Shown here one piece after another: positions 21,301 through 28,896 of a DNA stretch of 58,810 nucleotides; positions within the stretch are counted from its first letter, which is position 1; each line of letters opens with the position of its first letter. Made by a program: the position numbers and the translations under genes. The notes under the pieces are model-generated. The model was given only the letters and a program-made list of their open reading frames with translations, was not told where the DNA came from and did not search any database. The stretch covers positions 1 through 58,810 of the forward strand of contig JBDRPL010000025.1 of assembly GCA_043827025.1 (NCBI GenBank), read 5' to 3'. The DNA comes from Candidatus Micrarchaeota archaeon (lineage in GTDB: Archaea > Micrarchaeota > Micrarchaeia > Anstonellales > Bilamarchaeaceae).

Positions 21301-21673
21301 CCTTTGATATTCCCTCAGTAGGAGCAACCAAAACACCTTCAGTCAGTATTCCAACCCCTGTTCTTATGGCTTGTTCTATCAGCTGTTCCTTGGTTCCTTT
21401 TTTAGAAGTTTCTCCCCTTACTATTTTCTTTGCAATCTCGAAAGCGATATCCTCCCTAATCATTCCGCCTTGTTCAAGATCCCTGATTATCTGTGCGATT
21501 CCTGGTGGGCCAACAATCCCTTCAACCCTTGCTGCAACATCGCTGGTTATTTTTATTTCTACTTCATCAGACGGATCAAGGCATTTTTTTCTAGCTTCAG
21601 TTGAGACTGCATATGCCTTTTGCAGTTCTTGTTTCAGCACCTGAAAATATTCCTCGTTGTTCATATTGCTCAT
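18329..21673 (-). CDS. polC: DNA polymerase D large subunit DP2
   Basis: GPIRSAGGTA, RMGRPEK, RRNCDGDED catalytic motif, C-terminal Zn finger; no intein seen. Confidence 0.98.
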   Translation of the reverse strand: MSNMNNEEYFQVLKQELQKAYAVSTEARKKCLDPSDEVEIKITSDVAARVEGIVGPPGIAQIIRDLEQGGMIREDIAFEIAKKIVRGETSKKGTKEQLIEQAIRTGVGILTEGVLVAPTEGISKARIKENPDGSNYVAIYFSGPIRSAGGTAAALSVVLGDVARREAKVGDYRATDTQIERYVEEVNTYEARVNHLQYKPPDDDVRHVVRSCPVCVDGEPTEEIEVSAYRGVPGIETNRIRGGIPLVVCEGIAQKAAKVLKYTKKLNLDWDWLEKIIKIKKKEDKIEIKPDSTYLDGLVAGRPVFCYPSTIGGFRLRYGKSRTNGIMARNIHPATMVITNDFLAYGTHMKVERPGKGCVISGNELLEPPVVRLKNGSVTKVNTIEDAYLMKSNIEKILFLGDMLVTYGDFLKSNHPLIPGAWCFEWFVQLAKQKGAHVTEEMNAKEAFEVCRSHELPLHPRFTYNWNEITVDQLKKLREWIASGHAKQGEDGNIIEMGLKNSSAEKSILERLLVDHKLVEDRIVLNAEDAFTLLETLGINLNKTIDFQGEVLDLLKQLCGLTIKIKTPTYIGARMGRPEKSKERAMDGSPNALFPTGSQNRSITKIYKTLKARGMESTINLELGRFRCGKCNSVAFQRKCGKCGSEAKMERMCTVCNKSVASDIHCDKPTTTFDKRPVKLIELVESIKKEMNVNPNEVKGVKGLSNPNRVPERLEKGFIRAKHDVYVFRDGTSRFDSTDIPLTHFIPDEIGLSLERLKEIGYDNDYFGNPITKGDQLIPLRHQDILLSENGATYFMRVAAFIDEMLVDFYKIKPFYNVTKKQDLIGQLCIGLSPHTSAGVITRVIGFTKANVGYGHPYFHTAKRRNCDGDEDCLMLLMDGLLNFSREFLTKRIGGTMDTPLVLTPIIDPREVDDEVHSMEVVESYPLEFYEAAEKISPAGKIKVKLVKDMLGKPEQYENLPLTHLGGFIDKGPTKTKYVTLGSIPEKIQHEFELHEKIVAVDLQNTAERLILSHFIPDLYGNLRSFSRQTFRCVSCNTIYRRVPLAGKCLKCGGNLLLTINKGGIQKYLEISKNLCEKYDLPAYLKQRLGLVEKEIRSIFEDDKSKQMGLADFM

Positions 21674-21677
21674 TGCC

Positions 21678-23099
21678 TCAACTTATTTTGAAATCAAGGC
21701 TCTTTAGCCTGCCCGTCTTCAATTCGTAAACAGGAACAACTGCAGGAGTTGGTACATGGCCTTGCTTGATTTGGAAGTCTGTTTGATCCTGAAAGGTCCC
21801 CGAGTTTATTACTAGTGTTTCTCTGTAGGTAGTATATCCGTTCTTATGCACATGGCCGCAATGCAACACGTCTGGTATTTCTTCGATGACCATGTAATCT
21901 ATTTTTTCAGGTATGATTAAATTTCCTCCATAAATCGGAGAAAGATGTCTTCTCTTGAGATATTCAATCATTACTTTTTCAGGATGCATGTATGATGAAT
22001 TAGGCAGGCTTGCAATCATTGAATCTAGTGAAGTCCCATGGTAAATCAGGTGTTTTATCCCCTCTATCTTCACAGTGCAGGGATTGCCTACACTGACTAC
22101 GTCTGATTTTATCAGCTCCTTTCCTATTGCAGGCATAGGTTCTCCTCTTCTGACTGCATCGTGGTTTCCAGGAGCAACTATCACTTTTATGTGGTCAGGT
22201 AGTCTTTCCACGAAATCATCGAACATCTGGTACTGCTTGGTTATATCTTTAATGATCAGGTCTTTTTCCTGGTTGGGGTATATCCCTATCCCATCTACGA
22301 TATCCCCGCTTATTGAAATATATTTCACTTTTGATGCAAGGTCTTTTGCTTCACCCTTTCCATGCAGCCAGTCTACGAACATGTCCAAGTATTTTTCAAG
22401 GAAGTGCTTGCTTCCGAAATGGAGGTCAGACAGATAGACAACTGCCAGGTCATTCTCCGCAAGTTTCTTTTCCCTGGTTATGGGCAGGTCAGGCCATTCC
22501 ACATCTTCGATTATTACAAATGGCTCGAAAATCTTTCCTGAAATCGCTATTATATCGTCGTTAAGTATGTATTTTGCCTTTTCGAATATTTTCGGGTCGT
22601 TTGTTGTCACGACTGCCTTGAAGGTTCCAGTCATATCTTCTATTTCGAAAAGCAGATTACCCTTTTTGGTCTCTCTTTTTTCATTTACAATTACTATGAC
22701 CCTTGCCTTTTCATTGATATTCTTTTTGACTTCTGATAAATCTATGGTTGGATATTCAGTCCTGATGGCATGCAACATCCTTGATATTTTTGAATATCTG
22801 TCTCTGAAATATGCCACGAAATCCTTGACTTCCCCAGTTGTTCTTGATTTTCCTGTGACATCTTTTTTTTCCACTATCTCGATGTTGGATTCGTATTCTT
22901 TTGCGATCGGCTTGAAATCGCTTGGCCTTATGACTACTACAGAAGGCTTTAGGACCTTTTCCACGTCTTCCTTATTTATAAAAACATTTTCTACGCTGCA
23001 CAACCCATCTATTATTTTCTGAGGATCAGGCTGTTTTTCTATCAATTCCTTTGCATCTAGACTTATACGTATGCCCTTTTTCGCGAATTTATCGAACAT
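21678..23099 (-). CDS. polB: DNA polymerase D small subunit DP1 (proofreading exonuclease)
   Basis: SDLHFGS, GDIVDG.GIYP, PGNHD, YHG, GHVH; adjacent to DP2. Start set at ATG 23099. Confidence 0.95.
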   Translation of the reverse strand: MFDKFAKKGIRISLDAKELIEKQPDPQKIIDGLCSVENVFINKEDVEKVLKPSVVVIRPSDFKPIAKEYESNIEIVEKKDVTGKSRTTGEVKDFVAYFRDRYSKISRMLHAIRTEYPTIDLSEVKKNINEKARVIVIVNEKRETKKGNLLFEIEDMTGTFKAVVTTNDPKIFEKAKYILNDDIIAISGKIFEPFVIIEDVEWPDLPITREKKLAENDLAVVYLSDLHFGSKHFLEKYLDMFVDWLHGKGEAKDLASKVKYISISGDIVDGIGIYPNQEKDLIIKDITKQYQMFDDFVERLPDHIKVIVAPGNHDAVRRGEPMPAIGKELIKSDVVSVGNPCTVKIEGIKHLIYHGTSLDSMIASLPNSSYMHPEKVMIEYLKRRHLSPIYGGNLIIPEKIDYMVIEEIPDVLHCGHVHKNGYTTYRETLVINSGTFQDQTDFQIKQGHVPTPAVVPVYELKTGRLKSLDFKIS

Positions 23100-23119
23100 C
23101 TTTCCACTTTGGAATGGAA

Positions 23120-23368
23120 TCACTTCTTTTTCTTGGATTCCAGTTCGCTTATTATAGCCCATATTTGGGTTCTTGCGTGTGGCGGCATGTTTATGTCGTC
23201 TGTTATAGATTCTATAGAATAAATAGCAGCACTTATCTTCACATTCGGCTCTTCATTTGCCTTCAGTCTTTCCTTTGCATCAGAAAGCGCCTTCCTTATG
23301 TTCTTGGGTATTGTCGTATCATTGACAAGATCATCCAGCATTCGACTTACATCTTCCAGTTCTTCCAT
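23120..23368 (-). CDS. UPF0147 family protein
   Basis: DTTIPKNIR ... DINMPPHARTQIW. Start at ATG 23368; the longer ORF runs into the tRNA. Confidence 0.9.
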   Translation of the reverse strand: MEELEDVSRMLDDLVNDTTIPKNIRKALSDAKERLKANEEPNVKISAAIYSIESITDDINMPPHARTQIWAIISELESKKKK

Positions 23369-23448
23369 TTTGCCCACCTCACAGGTAGATTTAAATACTG
23401 ATCTTTCATTGAAGCAAAGCTTCAATTTCCGTTCGTTTATTTTATATA

Positions 23449-23757
23449 CGGGCCCGGGGTGATTTTCACCATGGGTTTGACCTATATTATTAAAGTCAAC
23501 GCACCTTTCTTTTGATGCACAATCGAAACATGTTTGTTTCGATGCGCACAAAAACCAAAGGTTTTTATTGCACCTACCTTTTCTTTGAAAGAAAAGGTGA
23601 GTTTGAACACCCGACCGTCAACTTACTTCTTTCTTGATGAAACTTCTTTTGGTTAAAACCTAAAGAAGTTTCTTAGAAGGCTGCTGCGCTATCCATTGCA
23701 GACCTTGGGATGCAAATTTTGAAATATACATTTCAAGGTTGGCTGCGCCACGGGCCC
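23449..23757 (-). tRNA. tRNA-Arg(TCT) with three BHB introns
   Basis: Exons 23757-23741, 23695-23674, 23623-23602 and 23462-23449 join to a 75-nt cloverleaf, GGGCCCGTGGCGCAGCCTGGATAGCGCAGCAGCCTTCTAAGTTGACGGTCGGGTGTTCAAATCACCCCGGGCCCG. Introns are 45 nt (D-loop), 50 nt (37/38) and 139 nt (59/60), each with a 4-bp central helix. Confidence 0.88.
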
Positions 23758-23805
23758 GTTATCATTATTTTATTATACAAAACGTTTAAAAATAAGATTA
23801 AGTTA

Positions 23806-23898
23806 TCAGTTCTCACTGTCGTCGTCCCATTCCTCATCGTCGAAGTCTTCGTCGTCCCATTCCCCTTCTTCGTCCAATTTGAATATTGGTTCGCTCAT
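23806..23898 (-). CDS. Putative 30-aa highly acidic micropeptide
   Basis: MSEPIFKLDEEGEWDDEDFDDEEWDDDSEN, preceded by an AAGGTG SD-like motif; below the ORF-track cutoff. Confidence 0.55.
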   Translation of the reverse strand: MSEPIFKLDEEGEWDDEDFDDEEWDDDSEN

Positions 23899-24044
23899 AA
23901 ACTGTACACCTTCTTAATTATATGAATAATTATATGAACAGTGTTTACACAAGAACATTAAAATATTTTTCTTTTGCATTTGCCATTGGTATAGGAAGGT
24001 TTTTTAATTTGAATCAACAGATACTACCAGAAAGGTGTTTTTAT

Positions 24045-24302
24045 ATGACTACCAAGTTATCAAGGATGTACGGAATGGATATCTTTTCAGACGGCGGGAA
24101 ATTCTTAGGGAATGCTCAGGACTTCATTGTAGATATTGAAGGCGGATCTATTGCACGTGTTTTGACAGAGCAATTGCCTGCAACAAAAGATGATGCAAAG
24201 AAATCTCTCAGAGACAAGAGCATACTATATTCAAATGTCAAGTCTGTTGACGATGTTATCGTTATCACAAAAAGCGGAAACGTAGGACTCTCAAGGGAAT
24301 AG
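24045..24302 (+). CDS. PRC-barrel domain protein
   Basis: LSRMYGMDIFSDGGKFLG...DFIVD...VKSVDDVIVI. Start ATG 24045 after AAGGTG. Confidence 0.85.
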   Translation: MTTKLSRMYGMDIFSDGGKFLGNAQDFIVDIEGGSIARVLTEQLPATKDDAKKSLRDKSILYSNVKSVDDVIVITKSGNVGLSRE

Positions 24303-24308
24303 GTTTAC

Positions 24309-24497
24309 ATGGCAAAAGGCTTCCTAAGGGTTGTACTTGCCCTTATTTCTATTGGAATAGGGTATGGGCTTACAATATATTGGCAGAGCCTTAGGCCTGG
24401 TGATGATTCAAACACAGTTCTCATTATCGGTGTTGTGGGAGCCATCGCATCGTTTACATGCCTTCACTTTCTGACTAAGGGAAGCGGCGGGGATTAG
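24309..24497 (+). CDS. Small two-TM membrane protein
   Basis: Two hydrophobic segments in 62 aa. Confidence 0.6.
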   Translation: MAKGFLRVVLALISIGIGYGLTIYWQSLRPGDDSNTVLIIGVVGAIASFTCLHFLTKGSGGD

Positions 24498-24930
24498 CAA
24501 TTACAATTCCTTTTTTTGGCTGCCCGTAAAGCAACACATATTTTTTATTAAGGTGCTTAGCGAAAGCAATCGCAGTTAGGTCCTCTTCCCCTATTATTCT
24601 GATGGCCCCGCCCCTTTCCAGGATTTTTTTTGCATTTTTGATTAGGTAATCTGAAACAGTGCCTGGGGTATTTTTCATTGTTTTTCTGTCGGGGAATTCA
24701 TTTTTCAGCAACTTTTTCTTGTCATCCGGCAGTTTTTTTCTCATGAATCTAAAATCGAATATTGCCAAATGTGGCAGTATGCCTGCCTTCAGGAGCTTAA
24801 GCGTGGTTATGTCTCCTATAGAAACTATCTTCTTTGCCCTTATCCATCTTGCATTTTTTATCTTATGGATAGTAGTGAGGGTGCCAAGAGGTTTTTTGAG
24901 CTTTTTCCGCATATCTTCAGTTATTTTCAT
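24475..24930 (-). CDS. GTP-dependent dephospho-CoA kinase family (DUF359)
   Basis: LKKPLG, SIGDIT, N.PG, GEEDL, LYGQP..G. Confidence 0.85.
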   Translation of the reverse strand: MKITEDMRKKLKKPLGTLTTIHKIKNARWIRAKKIVSIGDITTLKLLKAGILPHLAIFDFRFMRKKLPDDKKKLLKNEFPDRKTMKNTPGTVSDYLIKNAKKILERGGAIRIIGEEDLTAIAFAKHLNKKYVLLYGQPKKGIVIANPRRFP

Positions 24931-24991
24931 ATGGTTGTCAATTTATCTTCACACACTATACTTTTAAACTTGATTCGGGAAAATCATTCTC

Positions 24992-26194
24992 ATGGCTGGA
25001 CCTAAGGAACACTTGACAAGAAATACCAAGCTCTTCGGCATTACAAGCCTTTTGAATGACACTAGCAGTGAGATGATCATTCCACTCTTTCCATTGTTTC
25101 TTACAGAGGTTCTTTTTGCACCAGTTATCATAGTAGGTGTAATAGAGGCCATGCGCGAATTCGTGCCAGATATACTTTCTTTTTTTTCAGGATATTATAC
25201 TGACAAATCAGGCAAAAGAAAAAGGATAGTGCTTCTTGGCTATGGGCTTTCATCTGTAATGAAATGGTTTTTTACTATACTTACGAGTTACTATCAGGCA
25301 ATTGCAGTTGTTTTTCTTGAGCGCGTGGGAAAAGGCCTGCGCGATGCCCCGAGGGATTCGCTGATAGTTCTTTCAGAGAAGAAAGAGAGGTTAGGGATAG
25401 CCTTTGGGTTTAGACGCGCCATGGATAATGCAGGCGCCATTCTTGGGCCTCTTTTTGCCTCTGTTCTGCTTGTTTTATTGAGTGGTTCATTGGAGGAGCA
25501 ATATAGGACAATTTTCCTTATTGCAGCCTTTCCTGCATTGTTATCTGTCTTTTTTCTGTTTTTCATAAAAGATGTCAAGACAGAAAAAGTAGAGGGAAAG
25601 GTGATCCGCCATTATTTGAACAACATCCCTGGCTTCAAGCCATTGCTTATTGTTATTTCGTTGTTTGCATTCGGCCAATTCAGTGCAGCATTTTTCATAC
25701 TGAGGTCAAACGAGCTTATCCCTCTTATTTTCGTTCCAGTTGCCTATCTTTCATATAATGTGGCATACGCATCGTTTTCAATGCCTGCGGGCCATCTTAC
25801 GGACAAGTTTGGGGGAAAAAAGGCAATAATCCTCGGACAGACCATTTTTCTCATAGTCCTTTTTGGTTTTGCATTCACAACGGATCTCCTGCAGGTATTT
25901 GTGCTTTTCATTCTTCTTGGAGGTTTTATGGCATTATATAAAGTTGCGCCACAGGTCCTTCTTGCGAAACAAGTGGAAACAAAATATTATGCAACTGCAA
26001 TCGGTGCATACAAGGCTTCGCTTGGATTGGTTGCAATTCCTGCAAACCTTATTGCAGGTGCGTTGTGGGACGTGAATATATTTGGATTGCACGCCAACTT
26101 CGTTTTTTCTATTGTTATGACTGTGATCGGAATCTTGGCATTGACCATACTGATAAAAGAAAAAGACGGGGTTGGGAATCGAGAAGTAAGCTAA
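24992..26194 (+). CDS. MFS transporter
   Basis: 12-TM pattern, DKSGKRK loop, RVGKGLR..PRD, AFGFRRAMD. Confidence 0.92.
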   Translation: MAGPKEHLTRNTKLFGITSLLNDTSSEMIIPLFPLFLTEVLFAPVIIVGVIEAMREFVPDILSFFSGYYTDKSGKRKRIVLLGYGLSSVMKWFFTILTSYYQAIAVVFLERVGKGLRDAPRDSLIVLSEKKERLGIAFGFRRAMDNAGAILGPLFASVLLVLLSGSLEEQYRTIFLIAAFPALLSVFFLFFIKDVKTEKVEGKVIRHYLNNIPGFKPLLIVISLFAFGQFSAAFFILRSNELIPLIFVPVAYLSYNVAYASFSMPAGHLTDKFGGKKAIILGQTIFLIVLFGFAFTTDLLQVFVLFILLGGFMALYKVAPQVLLAKQVETKYYATAIGAYKASLGLVAIPANLIAGALWDVNIFGLHANFVFSIVMTVIGILALTILIKEKDGVGNREVS

Positions 26195-26198
26195 TGAA

Positions 26199-26855
26199 TT
26201 ATAATATTCTAGTCCCAGTCTTCGTTCCGATAATTACCTGGTCGAATTTTGTGAATATCCCGTTGTCAACAACACCAGGAATATTCTTCAGGGTCTTTTC
26301 CATCTCCTTTGGGTCCCTGACAAGCATTTCAGCGTCTATAAGCAGGTTGCCGTTATCTGTTATGATTGGGCCAAGCTTTCCGCCTGCCATTCTCACAGAT
26401 GCTTTAGAGATTTTCTGCAATTCGCGAAGCACGAATGAATATGCGGATGGAACGACTTCAACAACTACTTTACCTTCCAATCTATCTTTAATCTTCGTTT
26501 CATCAGCTATTATTATGAATTTCTTTGCAGCATATCCAAGTATCTTTTCCCTTGTGCATGCTCCTCCACCACCTTTTAGCAAAGCTGTTTTTGTTGCAAT
26601 GTCTGCGCCGTCAACTGCAATGTCTATATGGTCTATCTGATCAAGTTCAAAAATATCAAGGCCAAGCTCCATTGCATATATTTTGCTGTCAAGAGAAGTG
26701 TAAACGCATTTAATGAACCATTTCTCTTTCTTCACTTTCTCAGCAAGAAGTTTGATGAATTCTCGTGCAGTTGTTCCGCTTCCCAAGCCTACGACCATGC
26801 CATTTTTTACATATTCAAGGGCTTTCCTTGAAGCGTTTATCTTTTCAATTGCCAC
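26199..26855 (-). CDS. rpiA: Ribose-5-phosphate isomerase A
   Basis: GLGSGTT, DGAD, KGGGGA..REK, TDNGN. Confidence 0.96.
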   Translation of the reverse strand: MAIEKINASRKALEYVKNGMVVGLGSGTTAREFIKLLAEKVKKEKWFIKCVYTSLDSKIYAMELGLDIFELDQIDHIDIAVDGADIATKTALLKGGGGACTREKILGYAAKKFIIIADETKIKDRLEGKVVVEVVPSAYSFVLRELQKISKASVRMAGGKLGPIITDNGNLLIDAEMLVRDPKEMEKTLKNIPGVVDNGIFTKFDQVIIGTKTGTRIL

Positions 26856-26859
26856 AATA

Positions 26860-27129
26860 TCACTCGAACATTATAGTGCTTCCCTTATGGTACATGTGCT
26901 CTATAAGCTTTCCTTTTGCATCTGCAAGCGACAAATCCACAGCATCGTCTCCAACAATAAGCGTCAATATGTATGCCTTTCCTTTCAAAGCAGCCTTTAC
27001 AGTCATCAGTTTGGTTTTATCATTTTTGAGGTATTGAACTTTGGCGCCAACGAAATTTTTCTTGTTTGAGATTATTTCCTTCAGTTTGGATCCTTTGATG
27101 AATTTTCCGAGCTCTTTCTTGTCAGCCAT
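26860..27129 (-). CDS. Hypothetical protein
   Basis: 89-aa ORF packed in an operon with rpiA. Confidence 0.55.
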   Translation of the reverse strand: MADKKELGKFIKGSKLKEIISNKKNFVGAKVQYLKNDKTKLMTVKAALKGKAYILTLIVGDDAVDLSLADAKGKLIEHMYHKGSTIMFE

Positions 27130-27133
27130 GTAA

Positions 27134-27340
27134 TCACACCATGCTTTCGAAATATTTCAAAGCTCCTACAAACGTCCTTTGGGTATTTACTGCAATTTCC
27201 TGCTGTCCGCGTGTAGTTTCAGCCCTTACTATGCGAACCCCTTCCAGCGTGGGAGCCACCCTTACCCTTTCAGGAGTCAATTGGTTGAACTGGGCCAATC
27301 GATTCCGAGCTTCCTCATCTTTGAATGTGGGACCTGCCAT
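27134..27340 (-). CDS. Hypothetical protein
   Basis: Short ORF upstream and co-directional; start set at ATG 27340. Confidence 0.45.
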   Translation of the reverse strand: MAGPTFKDEEARNRLAQFNQLTPERVRVAPTLEGVRIVRAETTRGQQEIAVNTQRTFVGALKYFESMV

Positions 27341-27451
27341 AAAAATCACTTTGATTTTTATTATTGACCAATTCGTTGGTCAATGCCATAAGTAGTATAT
27401 TATTGCACAGCCTATAAATATTTTTGCATTCGAATAGAATAACGTGATTTC

Positions 27452-28183
27452 ATGCTTTGTCTTGAGAATAGCTATCAAAAGGAATGTGACGCCCTTGTCA
27501 TGTCTGCAAATAGCAAGAAGGTAGTCCTTGACACGAACTTGTTTTATCCGAGGGGCGGAGGACAGCCTTGCGATACTGGGATGCTGATGGTTACGTTTGG
27601 AGGAGATACGAATACTCCTGTGGACATGCCTGTCAACATCTTCCGAGTTTTATCTGTTTCAAAGGTGGATGGTCAAATCGTCCATGAGTTGGATAGGGAA
27701 GGCATTCATTCAAATCAAAAAGTCAAATGTGTGCTTGATTGGGACAGGAGATACAAACTGATGCGCTCTCATACAGCAGCGCATGCCCTTGCAGGAACAA
27801 TGAGCAAGGAGCTTGGATGTTTGATTACGGGAAACCAAATTGAAGAGGATAAGGTAAGATTCGATTTCAATCTTGAAAATTTCGAAAGAGACAAGTTTGA
27901 TGCCATAGTTCAGAAAGTGAACGGATTTCTAAAACAGGACGTTGAGCTAAAGGTTTATTCCTTGCCAAGGGAAGAAGCAATGAAAATTGAGGGGGTTGTG
28001 AAATTGGCAAATGCCCTTCCACCCTCTATCACAGTTCTGCGAATAGTTGAAATCCCAGGACTCGACATCCAGGCAGATGGCGGTACCCATGTAAAAAATC
28101 TCAATGAAGTAGGACAGATCGAAATAATGAAGCTGGAGAACAAGGGAAAGGAGAATAGGAGGATTTATTTTAAATTAATTTAA
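27452..28183 (+). CDS. alaXM: Alanyl-tRNA editing protein AlaX-M
   Basis: FYPRGGGQP.D.G, MRSHTAAH, ADGGTHV. Confidence 0.9.
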   Translation: MLCLENSYQKECDALVMSANSKKVVLDTNLFYPRGGGQPCDTGMLMVTFGGDTNTPVDMPVNIFRVLSVSKVDGQIVHELDREGIHSNQKVKCVLDWDRRYKLMRSHTAAHALAGTMSKELGCLITGNQIEEDKVRFDFNLENFERDKFDAIVQKVNGFLKQDVELKVYSLPREEAMKIEGVVKLANALPPSITVLRIVEIPGLDIQADGGTHVKNLNEVGQIEIMKLENKGKENRRIYFKLI

Positions 28184-28184
28184 A

Positions 28185-28291
28185 TAGCGGGAGATGGAAT
28201 TCCAACTCAAACCAGCAAGGGTTTCGAATCTTTGAACCACCGACCTCTGGGTTATGAGCCCAGCGGGAACTCCAGGCTCCCCTATCCCGCT
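28185..28291 (-). tRNA. Initiator tRNA-Met(CAT) with a 32-nt T-loop intron (28199-28230)
   Basis: A1-U72 pair and GGG/CCC anticodon stem. BHB: TTCA-AA|G ... TGGA-AT|T. Mature length 75 nt. Confidence 0.92.
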
Positions 28292-28419
28292 ATTTGTTTA
28301 TAACTCAGACTATACGTCAGAGCATTTTAACTATGAGAACATATGCTTTTATATGTATCAGATTATTTCGCCGATGCTTTGCCAATCTATTTAAATTCAT
28401 AATCATACCTATTTTATCC

Positions 28420-28896
28420 ATGGTGTCCAAGATGACAAAACCTCCTAAATATCTTAAGGTTCCTAAAGTTCCCAAATCAGCAGCACCAATACTGCAGGAC
28501 GAACAATTAAATAGGTTACAAGTTATCGATGCTTTGACGATTGCATTTCCATCGATGTCCTTTCCTAAAGAACTGCCTGATCTTTTAAGAATTCCTGTTA
28601 AGGCTAAGAGAGTGCAAATGGCGTACATTACTTTCTGTGACATAGAAAGCGAGCCTCCAAACCAAAATAATGAAAATAACCTTTATTATGCCAGACTCAG
28701 GGGTGTGATTCCGAGTTGGATAAAAGACTGGTGCATCAGCGTACATTCAACAGGGAGAGATTCAACTCAACTCACTCTAGTAGATAAAACAAGAAATCTT
28801 TTTATGAGCGTTGAAATCACTTGGTTTGGCATGGGCTTTGACAATGGTTGGGCAAAAGCAGCCAATGAGATAAAGAAAGCCCTTAAGATAAGTTAA
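28420..28896 (+). CDS. Hypothetical protein, convergent with the giant gene
   Basis: ORF from ATG 28420; no motif recognised. Confidence 0.5.
   Translation: MVSKMTKPPKYLKVPKVPKSAAPILQDEQLNRLQVIDALTIAFPSMSFPKELPDLLRIPVKAKRVQMAYITFCDIESEPPNQNNENNLYYARLRGVIPSWIKDWCISVHSTGRDSTQLTLVDKTRNLFMSVEITWFGMGFDNGWAKAANEIKKALKIS

Noticed and set aside
18329..21673. Intein in DP2
   Set aside because: Length is normal and the RRNCDGDED region is uninterrupted.
23369..23551. Cys-rich N-terminal extension of the UPF0147 ORF
   Set aside because: It reads through the tRNA-Arg intron and exon; the real start is ATG 23368 with a GAGGTG SD motif.
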